Assembly (NCBI GenBank): GCA_049720475.1
Contig: JBNASH010000036.1
Coordinates: 1,339-65,338, forward strand
Source: Minisyncoccia bacterium
Lineage (GTDB): Bacteria; Patescibacteriota; Minisyncoccia; UBA6257; JAAZHW01
Reading direction: 5' to 3'
DNA length: 64,000 bases
Shown: in pieces, positions 58,617-64,000 of the stretch
How positions within the stretch are numbered: the first letter of the stretch is position 1
How the letters are laid out: each line of letters starts with the position of its first letter
Program-made: the position numbers and the translations under genes
The notes under the pieces: generated by a model
The model's input: only the letters and a program-made list of their open reading frames with translations
Told to the model about the DNA's origin: nothing
The model's database searches: none

Positions 58617-58916
58617 ATAAAATATGATAAAAGAAAAGAAATCATTGAATAATAAAAAAGAAATAAAGTTAGAACAACCAGAAAAACAATACGAGGAAAA
58701 ACTTATTGATTTGCGAAGAGTAACTCGTGTTGTTGCGGGTGGAAAGAGATTTAGTTTCAGAGCCACCTTGGTTGTTGGCGATCGAGCAGGTAAAGTAGGT
58801 ATTGGTATTGCTAAAGGTAAAGATGTTAGTGAGGCCATTGCCAAGGCAAAAAATCAAGCCATTAAAAAAATGATCCGAGTGCCAATTATTAATGATACTA
58901 TTCCTCATGAGGTAAA
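58257..58916 (+). other. rplR-rpsE junction region of the spc operon (individual CDS listed separately)
   Basis: Contiguous co-oriented ribosomal protein genes with 7-nt spacing. Confidence 0.3.
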
Positions 58917-59181
58917 AGCGAAATATTGTGCTGCTCAAGTTATTTTAAAACCCGCTCAACGAGGACATGGTATTGTGGCTGGTGGTGCGGTACGGGCGGT
59001 ATGTGAATTGGCTGGTATTAAAGATTTAAGTGCTAAAATTTTAAGTCGAACGCCGAATAAATTAAGCAATGCAATGGCTACGGTGGCTGCTTTGAAAAAA
59101 ATCAAACCAGAAATTTTAAAAGCTGTAATGGCCAAAAAAGAAAATACTCAGTCGCCATCAATAGATGAGAATAATAAATAA
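58624..59181 (+). CDS. rpsE: 30S ribosomal protein S5
   Basis: RV..VV.GG.RF.F, VGD..G.VG.G..K, PA..G.G.VAGG.VR. Confidence 0.97.
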   Translation: MIKEKKSLNNKKEIKLEQPEKQYEEKLIDLRRVTRVVAGGKRFSFRATLVVGDRAGKVGIGIAKGKDVSEAIAKAKNQAIKKMIRVPIINDTIPHEVKAKYCAAQVILKPAQRGHGIVAGGAVRAVCELAGIKDLSAKILSRTPNKLSNAMATVAALKKIKPEILKAVMAKKENTQSPSIDENNK

Positions 59182-59184
59182 AAT

Positions 59185-59604
59185 ATGCAAATTCACGAGT
59201 TGAAAAAAGAATATAAAACAAAAAAAGAAAAAAGAGTTGGTCGAGGAGGAAAAAGAGGGACTTATTCTGGCAGAGGTTTAAAGGGTCAAAAAGCTCGAGC
59301 TGGTGCTAAAATTCGACCAGCCATTTATGATTTAATTATCAAAATTCCCAAAAAGAGAGGTCTTAAACATAAACCAATTAGTCAAAAACCATTAGCAATA
59401 AATTTTGAGATTTTAAATAAATATTTTAAGGATGGAGAAATTGTTTCCCCCCAGACATTATTTGAAAAAGGCTTAATTAGCAAGACAAAAGGCAAACTGC
59501 CAAAGGTTAAAATTTTAGGCCGTGGCGAATTAAAAAAGAAATTAATTTTTAAAAAATGCCATTTTTCTCAAAAGGCATTGAAAAAAATTCAAATTAAGAA
59601 ATAA
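59185..59604 (+). CDS. rplO: 50S ribosomal protein L15
   Basis: RVGRG..RG.YSGRG.KGQKAR, VKILG.G.L, FS..A. Confidence 0.95.
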   Translation: MQIHELKKEYKTKKEKRVGRGGKRGTYSGRGLKGQKARAGAKIRPAIYDLIIKIPKKRGLKHKPISQKPLAINFEILNKYFKDGEIVSPQTLFEKGLISKTKGKLPKVKILGRGELKKKLIFKKCHFSQKALKKIQIKK

Positions 59605-59606
59605 AT

Positions 59607-60890
59607 ATGGGATTCCTTAGCAAAACAATTCAATTATTCAAAATAAAAGACTTAAGAAAAAAAATTTTAATGGTGGTTTTGATTTTGGTAATTTTTCGGT
59701 TATTTGCGAGCTTGCCCATTCCGGGGATTAATTTAGAAAGATTAAGAGCGATTTTTGCTTCTAATCAATTGCTGGGTATTTTAAATATTTTTTCCGGTGG
59801 AACTTTGAGTAGATTATCAATTATGATGTTGGGTGTGGGTCCTTATATTACGGCTACGATTATAATGCAGCTTTTAACAATGATCATTCCTCGCTTGAAA
59901 GAAATTTACTATGAAGAAGGCGAGGCGGGAAGAAGAAAGTTTAATCAATGGTCTCGCTATCTTACAATACCTTTGTGCATGCTTCAATCATACGCATTTT
60001 TGAACTTATTAATATCGCAAAATGTTATTTTGCCACTTTCGCCATTGGAAATGATTAGAAACATTTTGGTTATTACAGGTGGATCTGTTTTTTTAATGTG
60101 GTTGGGTGAATTGATTACTGAATATAAAATTGGCAATGGCATTTCATTAATTATTTTTGCTGGTATTATTAGTAGCTGGCCAGCTAATTTTCGTTCAGCC
60201 ATTTTATCATATACGCCGTCAGCCCTTCCAACTTATTTAATGTTTATCGCGGTGGCTGTAATTGTTATTGCCGGGGTTGTTTATATTAATGAAGCCGAGC
60301 GAAAAGTACCAGTGGCTTATGCGAAAAGAGTGAGAGGAAATAAAATGTATGGCGGAGTGACAAGTTATTTGCCATTAAAGGTTAATCAGGCTGGTGTTAT
60401 TCCGATTATTTTTGCCATTTCTATTTTACTTTTTCCGCAATTTTTAGGACAAATTATCACCACCCTTAAAACACCGTGGGCATTAACCGTAGGCAAATTT
60501 TTAATGGGATTGTTAAATAACCATTTAATTTATTCAGCTTTATATTTTGTCTTGGTAGTGCTATTTACTTATTTTTATACGATGGTTACTTTCGATCCAA
60601 AAGAAATTTCTACCAATTTACAGAGAAATGGCGGTTTTATTCCTGGAATTAGACCCGGACAATCAACGGCGGAATATATAAATTTTGTTTTAAATCGAAT
60701 CACTTTTGTTGGTGCTTTGTTTTTAGGTTTAATTGCCATTTTACCCAATATTTTACAAAGCGTTACCGGAACTCAATTTTTGACCATCGGTGGCACCTCG
60801 ATTTTAATTGTTGTTTCAGTGGCTATTGAAACCATTAAACAAATTGAAGCTCAATTAATAATGCGCGAATACGAAGGCTTTTTAAGTTAA
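59607..60890 (+). CDS. secY: Preprotein translocase subunit SecY
   Basis: LGV.PYITA.IIMQLL, WLGE.IT..IGNGISL.IF, KVNQAGVIP.IFA, IPGIRPG, GGTS.LI.V. Confidence 0.98.
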   Translation: MGFLSKTIQLFKIKDLRKKILMVVLILVIFRLFASLPIPGINLERLRAIFASNQLLGILNIFSGGTLSRLSIMMLGVGPYITATIIMQLLTMIIPRLKEIYYEEGEAGRRKFNQWSRYLTIPLCMLQSYAFLNLLISQNVILPLSPLEMIRNILVITGGSVFLMWLGELITEYKIGNGISLIIFAGIISSWPANFRSAILSYTPSALPTYLMFIAVAVIVIAGVVYINEAERKVPVAYAKRVRGNKMYGGVTSYLPLKVNQAGVIPIIFAISILLFPQFLGQIITTLKTPWALTVGKFLMGLLNNHLIYSALYFVLVVLFTYFYTMVTFDPKEISTNLQRNGGFIPGIRPGQSTAEYINFVLNRITFVGALFLGLIAILPNILQSVTGTQFLTIGGTSILIVVSVAIETIKQIEAQLIMREYEGFLS

Positions 60891-60891
60891 T

Positions 60892-61590
60892 ATGGAAAAG
60901 CCAAAAATTTTAATTTTTTATGGTCCACCGGGCGCTGGTAAAGATACCCAGGCAAAAAGAGTTGCCTTTAAAACCGGTGCTTATATTGTCAGTTCTTCTA
61001 AATTAATTGAGGAAAAAATTTTCAACCCAGATTTACAAAATGATCCAATAATTCAAAGAGAAAGAAAAAATTATGAAAGCGGGGCATTGTGTACGCCTGA
61101 ATGGGTGACTGAAATTATTAACAATAAAGTCAAAGAATTACACCAAGAAAAAAAGTCATTAATTTTTACTGGTTCACCCCGAACTTTATATGAAGCAGAG
61201 AACGAAATTCCATTTTGGGAAAGTATTTATGGAAAAGAAAATATTTTTATCATTGAAATTAAATTAAAAGAAGAAACTTCGATTTTTAGAAACAGTCATC
61301 GCCGAGTTTGTGAAAATTGTGGCTATCCAGTGGTTTATTCTTTTGAAACAGAGATGTGGCGATTTTGCCCGATGTGCGGCGGGAAAATTGTTGATCGTGG
61401 CGCGCTGGATAAACCAGAAACAATTAAGGTTCGATTAGTAGAATATCGCGAGAGAACAAAACCCGTAATAGATTATTTTATCAATCGCGGTTATTCTATT
61501 ATTGAAATTGATGGTGAGCCGCTGCCCGATATTGTTACTCAAAATATTTTTGAACAATTAAATAGAATCAATTTTTTTAATAATGATTAA
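60892..61590 (+). CDS. adk: Adenylate kinase
   Basis: GPPGAGKDTQA, G.PRT, Zn-LID C..C...C..CGG, D......RL..Y. Confidence 0.9.
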   Translation: MEKPKILIFYGPPGAGKDTQAKRVAFKTGAYIVSSSKLIEEKIFNPDLQNDPIIQRERKNYESGALCTPEWVTEIINNKVKELHQEKKSLIFTGSPRTLYEAENEIPFWESIYGKENIFIIEIKLKEETSIFRNSHRRVCENCGYPVVYSFETEMWRFCPMCGGKIVDRGALDKPETIKVRLVEYRERTKPVIDYFINRGYSIIEIDGEPLPDIVTQNIFEQLNRINFFNND

Positions 61591-62341
61591 ATTAAAATCC
61601 AAAGAAGAAATTAAAATTTTAAAGGAGGGAGGGCATATTTTGGCTAAAATTCTTTTGGAGGTAGCAAAAAAAGTAAAACCAGGTGTTACAACCAGAGAAT
61701 TGGATTGGGTGGCGGAAAATTATATTTTAAAATTTGGCGGCGAACCGGCTTTTAAAAATTATCAGCCGAGTTTTAGTTTAGCACCATTTCCTGCTTCGCT
61801 TTGTGTTTCAGTTAATAATGTTATTGTTCATGGCATCCCTGGCGATTATGTTTTAGCGGGCGGAGATGTAGTAAAATTAGATTTAGGTATGAAATATAAG
61901 GGTTTGTATACTGATATGGCCATTACGGTGGGAGTGGGTAATATATCACCTTTGGCAAAAAAATTGATTCAAACAACAAAAAAAGCGTTGGAATTGGCAA
62001 TTAAAAAAGCTCAGCCTAATGCTACATTGGGTGATGTAGGCTTTGCCATTCAGAGTTATGTTCGTTCGCGGGGTTTTTATGAAATCCAAACTTTAACAGG
62101 ACATGGTGTTGGTTATTCCCAACACGAGGATCCGGATGTTTTTAATTATGGTACACCCGGCAAAGGAATAAAATTAAAAGAAGGAATGGTAATTGCCATT
62201 GAACCAATGGTGGCTGTTGATTCTCCTGATGTTGTTGAATTGCATGATGGCAGTTTTGCAACTAAAACGGGATGTTTGTCAGCGCACTTTGAACATACTA
62301 TCGCCATTACTGATCGCGGTCCAATAGTATTAACAAAATAA
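61583..62341 (+). CDS. map: Methionine aminopeptidase type I
   Basis: C.SVN..IVHGIP, D.G....G...D, GHGVG...HE.P, IEPM, SAHFEHT. Confidence 0.97.
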   Translation: MIKLKSKEEIKILKEGGHILAKILLEVAKKVKPGVTTRELDWVAENYILKFGGEPAFKNYQPSFSLAPFPASLCVSVNNVIVHGIPGDYVLAGGDVVKLDLGMKYKGLYTDMAITVGVGNISPLAKKLIQTTKKALELAIKKAQPNATLGDVGFAIQSYVRSRGFYEIQTLTGHGVGYSQHEDPDVFNYGTPGKGIKLKEGMVIAIEPMVAVDSPDVVELHDGSFATKTGCLSAHFEHTIAITDRGPIVLTK

Positions 62342-62344
62342 ACT

Positions 62345-62782
62345 ATGGCGAGTATTTTAGCAGTGGATTATGGGACTAAACGGCTAGGATTAGCCATCGC
62401 AGATGAGCATTTAAAATTGCCGTTGCTTTTAAAGCCGATTGAATATTCGCAGAATAATATTGATGCTGTTTTTGAAAAAATTAAAAAAATTTGCGAAGAA
62501 AATAATGTTTCTTTAATTATTTTAGGACTACCCTTATCATTTAATTTTCAAGAAACCCCCATTTGTCAAAAAATCAAAAAATTTGGGGAGTTGTTGGAAA
62601 AAAATACTCAAAGAAAGGTAATATACCAAAATGAAGTATTAACAACTGATGAGGCGATAAAAATTCAGGAAAATATTACTGGTCAAAGAAAAAGAAAATA
62701 TCACAGCGGTTCTAATTTAGATAGTCAATCAGCGGCATTGATTTTGGAAAGCTATTTTATTTCTAAAAAAGCGATCAACTAA
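62345..62782 (+). CDS. ruvX: Putative pre-16S rRNA nuclease / resolvase YqgF (RuvX)
   Basis: LAVDYG.KR.GLA..D, .GLP, E..TT.EA, D..SA..IL..Y. Confidence 0.9.
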   Translation: MASILAVDYGTKRLGLAIADEHLKLPLLLKPIEYSQNNIDAVFEKIKKICEENNVSLIILGLPLSFNFQETPICQKIKKFGELLEKNTQRKVIYQNEVLTTDEAIKIQENITGQRKRKYHSGSNLDSQSAALILESYFISKKAIN

Positions 62783-62849
62783 AAAAGAGATCAACTAACC
62801 CTCTTGACGATCTTGCATTTTTTATTTTTTTATGATATAATTTAATTAT

Positions 62850-63302
62850 ATGAGAAAAACAACGATATTTTTAATCATTTGCATTATTATTTTAGTGGCC
62901 CTTTTGGCTTTAATTTTATATACTTATTATTCTGATTATAAAAGAGCCAAGGAGAGTATGGCTGACAAAATATTAACAGTCCATCTTGAAAAATTTGCAC
63001 CAGGTACTAACATTGAACGCAACATGAGAGGAGAAGAGGCTTCGGTTTTTAAAAAAGGAGAGTGGTTGGGTGTTTTTGGAACAATCCAAGCCAACAAAGA
63101 TTCAGAATTAACCTTTAAAATTTTTGATTTAAATGAAAATCTTATTGCTTCAAACAATCAATGGAAAACAGAAATTAAAAAGGGGCAGGGTGAGTTTGGG
63201 ATGTGTTGTGTAGAAGTTCCAGACGAAGTAGGGCAATATCAAATTAATCTCTATTTGAACGATAATTTAATGGGGGTTCTAAATTTTTCTGTTACGGAGT
63301 AA
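62850..63302 (+). CDS. Membrane-anchored hypothetical protein (beta-rich extracellular domain)
   Basis: N-terminal TM; G.Y.I.L.L...L....F.V C-terminal strands. Confidence 0.6.
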   Translation: MRKTTIFLIICIIILVALLALILYTYYSDYKRAKESMADKILTVHLEKFAPGTNIERNMRGEEASVFKKGEWLGVFGTIQANKDSELTFKIFDLNENLIASNNQWKTEIKKGQGEFGMCCVEVPDEVGQYQINLYLNDNLMGVLNFSVTE

Positions 63303-63330
63303 TTTTTTATTGCTAAAATTTTTTGTTGTT

Positions 63331-63363
63331 AAAAAACCGCCTAGTAAACTATGCGGTTTTTTT
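63331..63363 (+). terminator. Intrinsic terminator
   Basis: aaaaaaccgc...gcggttttttt hairpin. Confidence 0.65.
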
Positions 63364-63413
63364 AATTTTTATGTTATAATAAAACAAATGGTCTATTTAA
63401 TAAAATTTAGATT

Positions 63414-64000
63414 ATGGCCAAACCTTTTCTTTCAGTAATTATACCCGCTTATAACGAAGCGGAAAGAATACCAAAAACGCTTTTGGATATAGACAAATAT
63501 TTATCGCAGGCGGGTTTTTCCTATGAAATTATTGTAGTAAATGATGGTTCAAAAGATAAAACTGCTGAAGTGGTAGAAAAAATGAAAAGTTTGGTAAAAA
63601 ATTTAAAATTAATTGATAATAAAGTTAATCAAGGAAAAGGAGGGGTTGTTGCGCAGGGCATGCTTGATGCTAAGGGAATGATTCGTTTGTTTGCTGATGC
63701 TGATAATTCAACGCCGATTGAACAAATTGAAAAATTTTTCCCTTATTTTAAAGAGGGTTATGATGTTGTTATTGGTTCACGAGCAATGAAAGATTCTCAA
63801 TTAGCCGTGAAACAACCTTTTTATCGTCAGATTTTAGGAAGAGTGGGTAACTTGATAATTCGTTTATTAGCAGTGCCGGGCATAAAAGATACTCAATGTG
63901 GTTTTAAAGCTTTTACTGAAAAAGCCGCTGAAAAAATTTTTCCACAATTAACAATAAAAAGATGGGGATTTGATGTTGAGGTTTTAGTTATTGCCAGATT
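63414..64000 (+). CDS. Glycosyltransferase family 2 (Dol-P-glucosyltransferase-like), 3'-truncated by window edge; not in ORF track
   Basis: Translated by hand: MAKPFLSVIIPAYNEAERI, VNDGSKD, N.GKG, DAD, DTQCGFK, WGFDVE. Confidence 0.9.
   Translation, partial: MAKPFLSVIIPAYNEAERIPKTLLDIDKYLSQAGFSYEIIVVNDGSKDKTAEVVEKMKSLVKNLKLIDNKVNQGKGGVVAQGMLDAKGMIRLFADADNSTPIEQIEKFFPYFKEGYDVVIGSRAMKDSQLAVKQPFYRQILGRVGNLIIRLLAVPGIKDTQCGFKAFTEKAAEKIFPQLTIKRWGFDVEVLVIAR

Noticed and set aside
62773-62797. Direct repeat gatcaactaa x2 at the end of ruvX
   Set aside because: Only two 10-nt copies; not a CRISPR array or a supported att site.
2358-63157. Numerous 60-120-aa antisense or out-of-frame ORFs within housekeeping genes
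   Set aside because: They are fully nested in well-supported genes with no motifs and are shadow ORFs.
1-64000. CRISPR arrays, rRNA genes, IS transposases, prophage genes, alternative genetic code
   Set aside because: None seen. Core genes are uninterrupted under code 11 and TGA acts as a stop (38143-38145, 44910-44912).

Overview
AT-rich bacterial chromosome segment, standard genetic code, with almost all genes on the + strand. Gene content suggests Patescibacteria/CPR (Parcubacteria-like): rpmD is absent from the spc operon, there is a full type IV pilus/competence cluster, PEGA and lamin-tail surface proteins, an archaeal-type class I aldolase, and host genes lack Shine-Dalgarno sequences. 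Most of the window is housekeeping: ruvB, polA, tsaE, murA, two mreB with mreCD-mrdA, aminoacyl-tRNA synthetases, pilMNO(P)BTC-pilin-pilD, folD, murJ, lepA, prfB, ftsEX, three tRNAs, and tuf with the S10/spc operons through secY-adk-map. Two regions stand out. (1) A ~6-kb island just after tRNA-Gln (41.2-47.2 kb) encodes an XRE regulator, a pyruvoyl-dependent arginine decarboxylase, a PaaK-like adenylating ligase, a HemN-like radical SAM enzyme, a DinB-fold protein, a class I methyltransferase and an AlkD-like glycosylase. This resembles a compact biosynthesis plus self-resistance cluster for a DNA-reactive metabolite. It is bracketed by two diverged inverted copies of a ~100-nt structured element with compensatory base changes. 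(2) An unannotated, highly structured ~200-270-nt minus-strand ncRNA lies between pilB and ruvB, with its own consensus promoter and terminator. All calls come from motif recognition by eye; no database searches were run.
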